A stretch of 63,194 bases of DNA, counting the filler, from Octopus bimaculoides (taxonomy: Eukaryota), in assembly GCF_001194135.2 (NCBI RefSeq). It is 7 parts of 6 records of this genome, joined end to end, with 100 filler letters (N's around TTAATTAATTAA, not from the genome) between each part and the next. Parts side by side here need not be neighbours in the genome. Positions count along the whole stretch, not along the records: positions 6,407 to 28,512 come from NC_068987.1; 6 more parts are not named here. One strand, 5' to 3'. Position numbers and translations under genes: made by a program. The notes beneath the pieces are model-generated. The model was not told the origin of the DNA. It made no database searches and saw only the letters and a program-made list of their open reading frames with translations. Below are positions 10,785-25,100 of the stretch, in pieces. Each line of letters opens with the position of its first letter. The stretch's first letter is position 1.

Positions 10785-12704
10785 AANNNNNNNNNNNNNN
10801 NNNNNNNNNNNNNNNNNNNNNNNNNNNNNNNNNNNNNNNNNNNNNNNNNNNNNNNNNNNNNNNNNNNNNNNATATATATATATGCACATATATATATATA
10901 CATACACACACATATAGAGAAAGAGAGAGGCAGCCCGAGACAGATAGACAGAAACAGAAATAGAGAGACGGATGCTTACGTGTCTGGGAGTAAGAAGTTC
11001 GCTTCGCAACGAAGTGGCTTCATGTTCAGTCGCGTTGCACGGCACGTTAGGTATTTTTCTTCTGCTACTACGCCGGGCTGATCTATGAATTGCGTGAGAA
11101 TTTGGTAAACGGAAACATTGTGGAAGCCCGTCGTAAGGTATATCTGTCTTTGAGTCTGTACATATGACGTTTGTGTATATGTTTGTAAAATTACTAAACT
11201 TTCTAGCATTTGAGAAGTTAAAGCCTAGAGTGAATCTACAACAAAATAGTGCTGGAGGTCCTGAACAGAACTCTAAAAATGTGAGAAACCAGGAGACAGT
11301 TGTACTATCAGGATATTTTTACCAGACTCTGATCGTTATACTTAAGGGAAAGGAGGCTGATGATATTACGTTTTTGGTATACTCTAGGGTGTCCGACAAA
11401 TCGTAAATTCTTTGGTGTATTATAATCAAATGAATAATAACATACGATGGAGAATTGTCAGCTCATTACAGCTGTTTCTTACGTAGCATTTTAGTAGAAG
11501 AATGCGAACATTACTCCATTACAAAAGACCGTAATTATCAGATGAAACCAGGAGACGGTTATGCTATCAAGATGTTTTCACTAGACTCTGATTGTTATAC
11601 TCAAGGCAACAGAAGCTGATGAAATTCGAAGCTGGGTGCGTGTATACGTACGCAGTGGAGATATTACTCTGTCACATTTGTGTTCAACCTCCGAATAATA
11701 TGTATAAGGAAGAATTCCAACCAAGTTTTGTGGTTTGCTACCTCAATAGCCCCTTTATAGGATCCAGTGGCTAAAGACATCAGGAGGAACCACGTCCGGT
11801 TTCGGCCCCTACTTCTCTACCATTTTCGATGGAGCGCCCCCCTCCTTTCGGTGGTGTCTTCAGCTCTGATGTTGAGTGCGTTTTTTTCTTTCTCTTTTTA
11901 TCTTTGATCTTTTGTTCTTTGGTTTCTTCGATGAAATGCCAACGACTATCAGAGGGCGAATGACCATCCTGCCAAATTTCACTTTAAATACACACCGGTA
12001 GGCTCCAGCAGCCAGCACCAGCTAAATGTAAGGTATAGATACTATTGGCACTTATTATCCAGGCACAAGGGAGATAACCTTTTTATTCATATGTCGCCGT
12101 TTTGTCAATAAAATATTATTGAATCTTTTTCGTTTTAGTAAAAAATTTCACGGTTATAGCATTAAATTAACAATGTAGATAGGAAAAAGAGTTGCAGGCC
12201 TTGTTCAAAATTTGAAATCAGTATTTCTATTCTAATATGACAAAATTTTGTTCATGAACGAAATAGCCTTAGATGGAGACCTATATAACGAAGAGACATT
12301 TTGATATTTGAATTTAAAAATAACATTTTTCCGAATAGCTTTTAGTCTTATTTTAATTAGATTTTGTAATTAAATTTTTTTCAATTATCTTTAAGTTATG
12401 ACATTTACATTTCTATGCTCTTAATTGCACAAACTCTATCATTGCACTAAAATATACTTACTAGATTACCACAGCAATAATACAGAAAATTTCGCAAAAT
12501 GTCCATCCATGATTTTTCTTCGATTCCCGCATATATATGCACACACACAAACTACATAAGCGCGCGCGCACACACACACACATATACATCCAAAAATACA
12601 ATCACAAACAGCGATGATCAAAATACAAACATGCATATATATACATATATACATACATATATACATGTGTTTTTAAACACACACTCACACGCACACACAG
12701 ACGC

Positions 12705-12752
<48 letters not shown>

Positions 12753-13075
12753 NNNNNNNNNNNNNNNNNNNNNNNNNNNNNNNNNNNNNNNNNNNNNNNN
12801 NNNNNNNNNNNNNNNNNNNNNNNNNNNNNNNNNNNNNNNNNNNNNNNNNNNNNNNNNNNNNNNNNNNNNNNNNNNNNNNNNNNNNNNNNNNNNNNNNNNN
12901 NNNNNNNNNNNNNNNNNNNNNNNNNNNNNNNNNNNNNNNNNNNNNNNNNNNNNNNNNNNNNNNNNNNNNNNNNNNNNNNNNNNNNNNNNNNNNNNNNNNN
13001 NNNNNNNNNNNNNNNNNNNNNNNNNNNNNNNNNNNNNNNNNNNNNNNNNNNNNNNNNNNNNNNNNNNNNNNNNNN

Positions 13076-13131
<56 letters not shown>

Positions 13132-14837
13132 CATTGAAATTGCTTTGAATTTGGCACGAGATTATTCAAGATGTAATGGATTACAACGAGGTGAGATAGA
13201 TGTTTCATTTTAAATACACCAAGACCTGCCGAAGACAATTGAGGCACGAGGAAGAATTTGAAATCCTGATCCAGGTATTTTTGTTACCTCATTCTACGGC
13301 TTTTTAGCTGAGCTAGTATGTTATATTCCTCACGTGCCAAGAGTAGAAAAGAATATTTGTTTCTGATGTTTCACTTTCTTAATAAAATAAGCGTATGTAC
13401 GCCATTAAAATATGGATTAACTCACAATAATCTGCAAACTTACTCATTTGGTGCTTTATTTGTCATACAAAAATGGACTCTACATCAGAGCGTTCGAGCC
13501 ATTTTAGATGTTATTACGTGAGAAGATGCAATTTCGTTGTTAAGATCTTTTTCCGGTTCAGACATATTTATCTTTGTGTCGTTACTTTTCGCTTGCTCGG
13601 TGCTCTTTTTCTGCAATGTTGTTCAATAAAAGCAATTACTTCTACAAATGTAGTAAATCAAAGTTTAGCGACAGAAACGTTTGACAAAACTTTCAAATAT
13701 TTACAGGATTGAAGTAAAACATTTTAATAAAGAAAAATCGAAATTATACAAAGATGAAATATGAAATAGTTTCAAGATATTATTGAAACGATTCCACGAG
13801 AGACATAGATAAAAAAAGACTTTATTTTTTCTTAACGTATATCACTACTGGCATTCATATCAGACGAAAACATTAATATATTATTTACTTCAGATTATTA
13901 ACCTTATGTAATGTTATCGCCATAGAAATTGAGCCCACGTAAGTTTAACTTAAACATGTAATGTTAGTTATGATAAACTTCTGTAGTAAATATACGTCTG
14001 AAACGGTTCAGTGTTTTTCAACGAAGAAAGTTCAAAGCCAAAAACACAGAGCAGCAACAGAAAAGTTAAGTTGTGTTTCATGCCATTAAAAATATGACTA
14101 CTTTTTAAAATACTGAGTTTTTGCAAAATACATTTGCGTAAAGATTTACATTAATATTGAAATTGATTTTAAAAAACGTAATCCATCATATAACCCTCTG
14201 AGAATTTTCGGATTCAGAATAAGACAAAGCCAGTGAGAAAAAAGAATATTCTTGCAAGCAATAGCTTTCATATTTGTTGTGTTACCTGTTGTAATGTACT
14301 TCTAAAAGTATATTTTTTAAATCATATCTAAAATTTTGAAAGAAAAACTTTTTTTATTTTTGTGGTTTCATTTTTGTTCCATGTGGATTATCTTTTACCA
14401 TTTAACTTTCACTTATGTCAGTCAGTGGTCTACGGCCATGCTGGGGCACAGCTTTCGAAGATTTTAGTCAAAGAAATTGACCGCTGTACTTATATTCCAA
14501 GTCTAGTACATATTACATATTCTAGCATTCTCTTTTGCCAAACTGCTAAGTTACGGAGCGTAAACAATGCAACGCCAGATGTCGTGTTGATGGGGACAGA
14601 GACACAAACAAAAGTAAACACACACACACACACATACACACACACACAATACACACCCAGACAATACACACGCGCGCGTGTGTACGTATATGTATGAATA
14701 TATACAGACTAAGAAGTTTGCTTCCCAACTGCATGATTCCGGGTGTAGTCCCGCTGTGTAGCACCTTGGCTAAGTGTCTTCAAAGTAATCAAAACCTTGC
14801 GAGTGGATTTGGTAGACAGAAACTGAAAGCTCGTTTC

Positions 14838-14875
<38 letters not shown>

Positions 14876-16062
14876 ATGTGACTTGATCTCCCATTACGTT
14901 TCGACAACCGGTGTTTACCTCCCCATACCGCTAGCGGTTAGACAAAAGAGACCGATATATTTAAGTATCAAACTTAAAACAAGGTAAGTACTTCAAGGCG
15001 GTGCCGTAGCAAAGCGGCACCAGTGACTGACATGATTAAGAATTAAGTTTGACATCAAATCCCTTTCTTCTTCTTTCTCATTTTCTTTCTTTTTTCTTTT
15101 CCTGGGAAGTTCGGTTTTTTAAAAAGGAAGGATTTAGAGCTTATTTTTGGTTCACTGCCAAATATTTTAATTTTTTTCATTTGCGAGCGTGTTACGATCA
15201 AACACCAAAATTCTTTTGATATCTAAAATAAACAGACAACTAATATTTACTATCGCTTGTCACAGTAAATAACACTGTACAAAAATATTTATGTAAAACA
15301 TGAGATATACGTGAGATGAATTCGTGTAGCGATATCGGTATGAAAGGTTAGTAATCAAAAAAAATCATACAATTTTGTTTTCCTCGAATGTGATCAATGC
15401 CGATGGTGATATATATTTAAAAAATTATTCATATTTATTTATTTATACAGTAAAAAAATGCTCTCTTATTTTTCACTTTATAAGACTTCCATATCCCGTT
15501 TGATAATTTTTTTATTCAAACTATTCCATATACATTTAGGAACTATATTTATTTATTCATTCATTTAGTTATTTATTTTTGTTAGATATTATTTATATTC
15601 ATTTATTTAAATAAATTTTTCTAACTATGAAAATGTTTCTACACTTAAATTTTGATTTAGTACTGATGTATTTAAGACATGCTGTTCTTTTTGAAAACAT
15701 ACATTTGGAAAATAAGCACATAACCACAGGCATGCAGACACACGTATACACACACATATACATACACATGCGCACAGAGGCATGGAGTTAATCCTGTTTC
15801 TGTTAATGTCATCTAAGCAGTTATAAACTAATAATACAGATGTGAGTATTAACAGAATTAAGTAGAAAACGGTAAAAAATAAAGCTATAAAACGCAATTC
15901 CATGGAAGTTCTTCATGGATAAGTAGATACAGAGAGTTCATAAATAGATATACACACATACACGAAAGATACACACGCGCATACAAGCGCACATACTTGC
16001 ACACGAATATATACATACATGGAATATGTGTGCATGCGTGTGGGTGTAAATATGTGTGTGTA

Positions 16063-16136
<74 letters not shown>

Positions 16137-16404
16137 TGTGTATCCTTTGACGTAGACATTCTATAAAATAATTTGCGGTGCTAGTTCCGAGCGAGTGTCA
16201 CAGACACGCTTTGTGGTGTTCTTCATCAAAGGTTCAATGAACAGTCGGAAACGAGTGATCTACAATCATCGTTACTCTACACAGGTCACGTGATATAAAG
16301 TGAAGTCAAATCCTTAAATAACGAGGAAAAACACAGATTTAATAAAATGATTCTTTTACACATTTTTATAACATTTAGAAGAGGTACATTGAGTAAACAT
16401 TATT

Positions 16405-16826
16405 AGGCGTGGCCGTGTGTTAAAAAGCTTGCTTCCCAGCCACATGGTTCCGCGTTCAGTCCCACTACGAGGCAACTTAGGCAAGTCTCTTCCACAATAG
16501 CCTATGAGCGACCAAAGCCTTTTAAGTGGAGTTGGCAGACGGAAACTGAAAGAAGTTCGTCGTATATATATATATGTATGTGTGTGTGTGTGTGTGTATT
16601 GTGCGTATGTGTATACTTATGTGTGTATCTGTATTTGTCCCTCCATCATAGCTTCACCGCCAATGTTGATGTACTTACGTCCCCGTAAATTAGCAGTTCG
16701 GCAAAGGAGCCCGATAAAATAAGCAGCAGGCTTACAAAGAATACTTCCTGGGGGGCGATTTGTTCGACTAAAGGTGGTGCTCCAGCATTGCCGCAGTCAC
16801 ATGACTGAAACAAGTAAAAGTAAAAT
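16405..16826 (+). mobile_element. Family A SINE (full length, diverged)
   Basis: Same head, body and GAAACAAGTAAAAG tail as 664-1088. Confidence 0.88.
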
Positions 16827-16979
16827 ATAGCCCCATCATTCTAAAGGACCGGAACCCTGTATATGAGTATTTGAGACCAAAATTTCATTTGCACTGCAAC
16901 AAATATGGCAGCATATTTATACTCATCTTTATACTCTGCTGGAAACCTTTTTAAAATCATTCCAACTACTAGAATGTTT

Positions 16980-17490
16980 TATAATTTTCGCCAGACGTTT
17001 CGACAAATTTCTACACTGATGTAGTTATGCTTGCTCATCACACTGCGAACGTTACAGTTAATTACTGCTTTCATGGATGAAAACAGACAATCGTGACTTC
17101 CGGTATGTCGGCAAAAGAAGCTTCCGATTGGTTGAGTCATAAAGCTTAGAAGGTTTGTAACATTTTTATAATTAATTTCGAGAAATAAATGAATGTTATT
17201 TCCCTTATCAGCACGCACGATTAGATCACTGAAGGAAATTTGTAGAAAATCTGGCGAAAATTTGAAAAAACTCTGGTGGTTGGAACGAATTTTAAAATAT
17301 CCCTCTCTTGTATTTGAAAGTAGATAATGGAAACTCTCGTTGATTCTTTTATGTCGCAGGACAAAATAAATGAAAGAATATAATATAATATTGCTGCATT
17401 TCTTAAACCTAACGGTGTCGAATAAAGTAAGTTCCCTTGATGTATTATAATTCAGTTCATTATATATATTATAGTTATATAAATACAAAT
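16980..17490 (-). mobile_element. Decayed Penelope-like reverse-transcriptase fragment
   Basis: ORF contains DLIVRADKGNNIHLFLEINYKNVTNLLS, matching the PLE RT N-terminal motif (I/V)xxADKGxxxV(I/L)xxxxY. Confidence 0.6.
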
Positions 17491-17751
17491 ATATGCCATA
17501 AAGTCAGTAAATCTAACGGAGCCCTCGAAAGACATTTTAAAATCGACAAAGATCAGAACCTAACTGCAGTTCTTGACAGTTCGAAGCAGATATGCAATTT
17601 ATATAGGTGTCTTTGCAAAACATTGTCTGGTTTTTTAAAAAAAACCCACAACAGATGTTATGATAAATCTAAGGTGGAAGTACAAGAGGTGATCAGACAC
17701 TACATAAAGAGTAGACAACCACCATATATTATTATTATTATTATTATTATG

Positions 17752-17795
<44 letters not shown>

Positions 17796-19682
17796 CATCA
17801 TTATTATTATTATTCAGATCACGGCCTGGAATTTTAGGGTTAGTAGCCTGCGCTCTTAATCACTACACCATATGCCCGTGGGCATGTATATTCATATATA
17901 ATGGACTCTGCATAAGGAGTAGATAACCACCATATATATTAATACAAAATGGACTCTTCCGTGGTTAGACGCGTATGAGGGTTCTGTAATTTATTGTTGA
18001 ACAACCACACATGATTTGCTTATAGTAATGAAATGTTTGTACTGTACATAAGCTCACTCTCTCCATCAAATTGAGATTATCTGCACTGTCTCGTTATTAG
18101 AGGTATCAACAAACTACTCTGTCTATTGAGAGTGTCTATTAATTTCATAGCACCTGCGTTATCGGAGTTATAATGCTAATAGTATCACGCATTTAAATCT
18201 TGAATATGTGTGTGTGTGCATGTGCCATGCGACTTTGGTGGTAATTCTAAATTAATATATAATTATATATATTAATTTCTGTTAGAACATCTAATCGAAG
18301 TTTGGTGTGTTGTTCACAACGCATATTGAATCGGAGGTCGTTTCTGTCGCTCACAGCTAATTTATAAATTAATATATAATTATGAAATTTATTCCGGTGG
18401 AATTTGAACTCAGACTAAACCGTCGAATCTAGCTAGATACAGTACGCATCCAACAGTTGTTGCTGACATGTCATTCTAACCATCCTTGAGGTAAATAACG
18501 ATTATTTGATTTTCACATGTGCACAATGGTTAAGATTTATAAGCAGTGCAAAAGCTCGTTCGTGCATTTTTCAAAGGACGTTAGGAAAATCAAATAACTT
18601 CTAATATAAATCAAAACGAGATCAGTCACTTGGCTTGACACACAAGGTTAGCTACCTATGCAAGGCGACAGTCGATAGTATATAATGGATTGTATGATCG
18701 TAGTGTTATGTCACACATTAGACGACATTAAAAATCAATCAAACGCAATCATCTTTTTTCTTTTTAAGTAGTTAGTTACTTTTTTCAAAATGGCGGTTTT
18801 TTGCTGACATTTCTCTATGCATTTAACCTGGATGGTAAAATTATACATCAGAAAATGGTGTTACAGTTTCTCTTATTATTGCTGTTGCTGGTGCTGCGAA
18901 TGCTACTACCTTATTGTTTTATTTTTATTTTTCGTGGTGTGTTAATTGCTTTGTTTCTTGTTATATTTGTATCTTTTATTCAGGCGGTTTAGCCTTACTT
19001 TCTCTTTAAACTTTCATCTACTATTCCATTATTCTATCTAATTTCTTCTTCTTCTTCTTCTTCTTCTTCTTCTTCTTCTTCTTCTTCTTCTTCTTCTTCT
19101 TCTTCTTCTTCTTCTTCTTCTTCCTGTTCATTTTCTTCATCATGATCAAAATCATTCTCTTCATCTCCCTCTTCCTACTTTTTTCCACTTACCCTTTCCC
19201 TTCCTCAAGCACCCCTTCTTCTCCCCTCCTCCTCCTACTACTTCTACTAATACTACTACTACTACTAGCACCACCACCACCACCACCACCCCCATCATCA
19301 TCATCTTCCTCGTCATTACTATTATTATTATTACAAGTTTGAGGAAAAAAGGTCATGTGCCGTGAGTCACCATTGAACATCACATGAACTGGACAACGCG
19401 CTCACCACAAAAATATATAAAATGCATTATTTTAACACGGAGCACCAACTTTTTCCTCCGCCTAATATGATTTATTATCATTATCATCATCACCATTATT
19501 ATTATTACTATTACTATTATTATTTTTCCGAATCCGATACTGCCCTTCCTACTTTCGGGATCGAAAACTAAGTACTAGTTATGCACTGGGGGTTCGATGT
19601 CATTGGCTATTCCGCTCCAACAGAATTTCAGGCTTTGTGCCTATAGCAGAAAGGACTAATACTACTACTACTACTGCTGCTG

Positions 19683-19736
<54 letters not shown>

Positions 19737-20139
19737 TTTCTACTTAAAGTTACAGGGATCGAATTAATATTGATTTGGCCGAATAATAACCGTAAATTTT
19801 GTTGTTTTAAAAACACAAAACATTTCATTATATTGCGTTTAATAGAATACTTCTGAGAGTTTCTCAGCGTTCATGTGATAAATCATTTCTATATTCATAT
19901 TTATGACCTTTTTTGTACATAAATAAACAAATACAGACGTTTGTTTCGCATTGGAATAATATTCTTTGTTTAAGATTCCATCTACAGATATTAAAATAAA
20001 ATCGATTGATAGCCGAGAAAACAAAAGAAGCCTCGACTTGCTCACTTGACAAGCTAGAAATAGTAGACATATTCTTCTCTAGCGCACCATGCTTTCTTTA
20101 AAGGTGAAGGCCATATTGCATAATGTAATTTTTTTTTTT

Positions 20140-20425
20140 ACGTGCTTCAGGTATTGGATTTTTGCCATACTGGAGCACAGCCTTGGTGAGTTTAGTCGAA
20201 AGAATCGACCTCATGTTTTTTTTTTAAGTCAGCCTCTTATGCTCGTGGTGTCTTTTACCAGACCGATAGATTAGGTGACGTAAATAAGCCAACACCGGTT
20301 TCCAAGTGGTGGAGTAGACAAAGACTCACACAGATGCATACATACGCGCATACAGACACACACACACACACACACACAAATACATATATATACACATATA
20401 CATATACGTACGTACACACACATAA

Positions 20426-20497
<72 letters not shown>

Positions 20498-20757
20498 GAA
20501 ATTTACAGACAGCAACAGACGAAGACAGGTGTAGGAACAACAATCAGGTGTATTTGATTAACGCTCGGGAAGGATGGAAAATTCTTCTACACACATACGA
20601 CAGACTTCTTTCAGTTTCCGTCCACCAAATGCCTCCACAAGGCTTTGACCGTCCCGAGGCTATGATAGAATACACTTGCCCAAGGAGCCGCATAGTGGGT
20701 CTGACCTCCACCCCATCAAGTGGTTGGGAAGCGAGCATCTTACCACACAGCCACGGG
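20140..20757 (-). mobile_element. Family A SINE, interrupted by microsatellite and the 20505-20585 fragment; another minus copy at 24165-24473
   Basis: Reverse complement of family A head (CTTACCACACAGCCAC) and tail (TGGAGCACAGCC). Confidence 0.85.
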
Positions 20758-20892
20758 TGAACCTATATTTATTCGCTGTAAATTGTAGATGTGCTGTATG
20801 ATACGTAAATATTTTGTTGAGTCAACGTTTGATTGTTCAATTCTAAGGGAAGAAAGCGACTGACGTTACATTCTCGTTCTTATTGCAAAACA

Positions 20893-20942
20893 CTCAACTA
20901 TGAGCGCTCTCAACTATGAGCGCTCTCAACTATGAGCGCTCT
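20893..20942. repeat. 16-bp tandem repeat (CTCAACTATGAGCGCT) x3 perfect
   Basis: Three exact units at 20893, 20909, 20925 plus CT. Confidence 0.97.
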
Positions 20943-21214
20943 GACGATTTAAACGCTTCCTGGTGTTGTTGTTCCAGACATAATCATTTTGTTTTTTTAA
21001 CTTTTTCAAGGTATAATAAATCCCGAAATACTATTATCCAATTTATTCTTCCATTTTTAATTACAGGGTGTGGTTTTAGGGGAATTTTTGCTGCCATTTC
21101 TAGCAAGTTGTTTGACCACGTAAATGGTCTTTCGTTGGTTCAACTTCCATGTGTGAATGCATTATGCAGGAAAGATCGTATTCAAATTAGATTTATTTCA
21201 GATATCCCACAGTG

Positions 21215-21435
21215 AAGGCGCATGGCTCAGTGGTAAGTGCGACGCATGGTCGTAAAACTGTGGTTTCGATTCCCGGACCAGGTACTGCATTGTGTTCTTG
21301 TGTAAAAACACTTAATTCCACATTGCTCCAGTCCACTCAGCTGGAAAAAATCATTAATCGCATCACGGACCGATGTCCCACCTAGGGAGGAATGCACGGG
21401 CCAACGAAACCGGTAAACCGGCCTTAAGAACCTAT
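21215..21435 (+). mobile_element. tRNA-derived SINE, family-C-related variant
   Basis: GGCGCATGGCTCAGTGGTAAG...GGTTTCGATTCCCGG head, TTGCTCCAGTCCACTCAGCTGG central domain. Confidence 0.8.
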
Positions 21436-22101
21436 ATAACTCCAAAGGGGTCATCTACACCATCTCCTTCCCCTTATTTTTCATCCTCATCATCATTATC
21501 ATCATCTTACATTTCATCACCCGCCTCCTCTTCCTTTTCTTCGTTTTCTTCTTCGTTTCTCTCTCCTTTGTTCCTCTTTTATAGTTCATTATTCTCTCCC
21601 TACACTTCCGTTCCGTCTCTCTCCCAACCATTCTCCTCCTGTCTAGTTCCATAATGTCTTTACTCAGTCGTTTATGTTACTAATTTCATACACAAATGCC
21701 TCGTTAACTGTTACATTTTAAACATTTCAAATATTAAACTTTACATTATAATTACTTAAATCTCGGAATAGCGGTATAGAATCCCCATTTTCACCAAAGT
21801 ATAAAACATGGAACGAGCTAAATGAGATCTTTTTTTTATGAATTACAGGCTATAGAATCCGGGAATATATAACAATGCAATGAGATCTCCGTTCAAATGG
21901 TTTTATTTTTATTAAGCTTATTTTACATAATGAGTGCTTATTGTTACATTCTGTCTGTGTACATACATGCATACATATGTACGTACATACATGAATACAT
22001 ACGTACGTACATGCACACATACATACATACGTATGTACATACATACGTACGTACGTACGTACATACATAAATGCATACTACGTTCGTACATGCATACATA
22101 G

Positions 22102-22144
<43 letters not shown>

Positions 22145-25100
22145 NNNNNNNNNNNNNNNNNNNNNNNNNNNNNNNNNNNNNNNNNNNNNNNNNNNNNNNN
22201 NNNNNNNNNNNNNNNNNNNNNNNNNNNNNNNNNNNNNNNNNNNNNNNNNNNNNNNNNNNNNNNNNNNNNNNNNNNNNNNNNNNNNNNNNNNNNNNNNNNN
22301 NNNNNNNNNNNNNNNNNNNNNNNNNNNNNNNNNNNNNNNNNNNNNNNNNNNNNNNNNNNNNNNNNNNNNNNNNNNNNNNNNNNNNNNNNNNNNNNNNNNN
22401 NNNNNNNNNNNNNNNNNNNNNNNNNNNNNNNNNNNNNNNNNNNNNNNNNNNNNNNNNNNNNNNNNNNNNNNNNNNNNNNNNNNNNNNNNNNNNNNNNNNN
22501 NNNNNNNNNNNNNNNNNNNNNNNNNNNNNNNNNNNNNNNNNNNNNNNNNNNNNNNNNNNNNNNNNNNNNNNNNNNNNNNNNNNNNNNNNNNNNNNNNNNN
22601 NNNNNNNNNNNNNNNNNNNNNNNNNNNNNNNNNNNNNNNNNNNNNNNNNNNNNNNNNNNNNNNNNNNNNNNNNNNNNNNNNNNNNNNNNNNNNNNNNNNN
22701 NNNNNNNNNNNNNNNNNNNNNNNNNNNNNNNNNNNNNNNNNNNNNNNNNNNNNNNNNNNNNNNNNNNNNNNNNNNNNNNNNNNNNNNNNNNNNNNNNNNN
22801 NNNNNNNNNNNNNNNNNNNNNNNNNNNNATATATATAGGCAACGTTTGTGTGTGGGTATATAATTTAGACTACATGAAAAATACAAATTAATTTTCTATA
22901 AGCGAATACGAACAAGGCAGTCGATACTATTTCAGGATAAAATAGCCGGTCTTAAATCTTCACTAGTTTATGAGTGTCATGCCATATTATGCGACGTTAC
23001 CTAGCTTCTAGAAACGCATCTATATAAATCTATATATAATTTAACGGTAGATGGTAGTCTCCTACTAATGTAGAATGGAAGTAGTATTCGGATGTTGTTA
23101 CAGATAGCCAACCTTCTTTGGAGGCAGTCTGCAAATTTTGTCAGTAATATCGATTTTATAGACGCAGTCTGTAATTGCTTTTGGTAGTATTGATATTATT
23201 AACATATTTTCTGTCTATATCTGCGGGAAGCAAGCGCAAGATGTAGTTCACGCTGTTTAGCAGTCAGTTCTGCTAGACTCTTATTAAGTAATAACAGGAA
23301 ATGTCCTTCGGATATTGGAATTAATAAAGGTAATATGGGCTAATACTAATACTAATATAATAAGTATTTGACATCAAATAAACAACTGTGGACTTAGAAA
23401 TGGAGATTCTAGTGAATACATTGGACAATTTGGTGGTATCTTCTTCATCTTCTTATTCTTCAAACGTTCACAACCGAAAAGCGTTTCGGAAATGCCGCAC
23501 CACAAATATCTGTCCCTCAACTAGCCTTTTTAGGTCTTCAGTTTCATCTTGTGTGCGTCTCATGATAACATCAATGTAAGTTTAGGGCATTTGTCTATTA
23601 TCATGACACGTGAGTCTTCCAAATATAACATCACATATGATTTGTGCGTGAAAATACTGGCCGTTCAAACTTAGTCTGTATGGAGCAACGATATTAGAGG
23701 TGGGTGGAATGTAGAATCTACCAATATATCGCCTCTTTGGTCTTTTGGTGTTTACATGACATATTTTGAGCCCTTATTAGAGTGTTATGTTATTATCAAG
23801 GTGATTTGGGGATACTAGTGGGTATTTTAAGCGGAATAGGGGAATCCAACATTCCGTAATTCCATGAATGTAAGTGTTGTTCTCACCTGGATTTAATTAT
23901 TAAAATAACCTCCTTTCACTTGAGTCACCGATACCTCTAAAAACGTCAAGAACATCACAAGAACCGTGTATCCCATGTTTATCACCACAAAAAGAGAATT
24001 AGTCATCAAGGAATGTCCTAATCATTCGAATATTCTNNNNNNNNNNNNNNNNNNNNNNNNNNNNNNNNNNNNNNNNNNNNNNNNNNNNNNNNNNNNNNNN
24101 NNNNNNNNNNNNNNNNNNNNNNNNNNNNNNNNNNNNNNNNNNNNNNNNNNNNNNNNNNNNNAGCCTAGTACTTATTCTCTAGATTTCTTTTGCTGAACCG
24201 CTAAGATACGGGGACGTAAACACACCAACATCGGTTGTCAAGCAACACAGATACGCAAATACATACATACATAGATAAATAAATACATATATACATATAT
24301 ATATATATACGACGGGCTTCTTTTAGTTTCCGTCTACCAAATCCACTCACAAATCTTTGGTCGAACTGAAGCTATAGTAGTAGAAGGCATTTGCCCAAGG
24401 TGCCACACAGTGGGACTGAACCCGGAACCGTATGGTTGAGAAGTAATCTTCTTACCACACAGCCGCTCCCGCGCATATATGGTCATAATTACTTCACAGA
24501 TATAATGGTTTCCATTTTTTTCACAAGACCAGCTACTTTAGGTGATAATAATAGTTATAATCCTTTCCGTTAGGCAGCAGCGAGATGGCAGAATTATTAA
24601 CAAGTCAAGGAATACATTTAATGACATTGTTCCCCCCCCCCCTCTATGTTCTGAGTTCAAATTCCCCGAAGTTTCGCGGTTGATAACATAAAGTGCCCAT
24701 AAATTACTTGGTTTGATGTAGTCGACGTGATGCTTCTCTTTTAAGTGAATGATTTTGAAACATGCAATGAACCGGCATCCCTTTCAGTGAGGATGTTGTG
24801 TTCTTGGTCATTTACATGCCATGGAAACAGGCAAGTCGGTATTATTAGTTGTAATACCGAAGGAAAAAAATTTTAAATCCTTTAAATAATCAGTAGAATA
24901 AAAAGTACGAATCTAGTCGGCTTGCGGGCCGGTTTCTATTCTCACTGAAACAATATCTTTCGACTTTCACTGCACGGACGTCTTAAGTTTGCTTCTAGAG
25001 ATGTAGAGAAGGTTTTTACTATCTTCAAAAATCCAATAACTTTATGCAATCAAATTGCAATTTTTCAAGGGAGGAAGTAGGAATAAGAAGTCATTATGTT

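Noticed and set aside
13150-13290. Two short exon-like stretches (NLARDYSRCNGLQR; TCRRQLRHEEEFEILIQ) with GT ends
   Set aside because: No recognisable homology and an implausibly short intervening intron
18786-18796. YY1-like CAAAATGGCGG; also CRE TGACGTCA near 4673 and E-box/TATA-like near 16285
   Set aside because: Isolated short motifs are expected by chance; no linked gene
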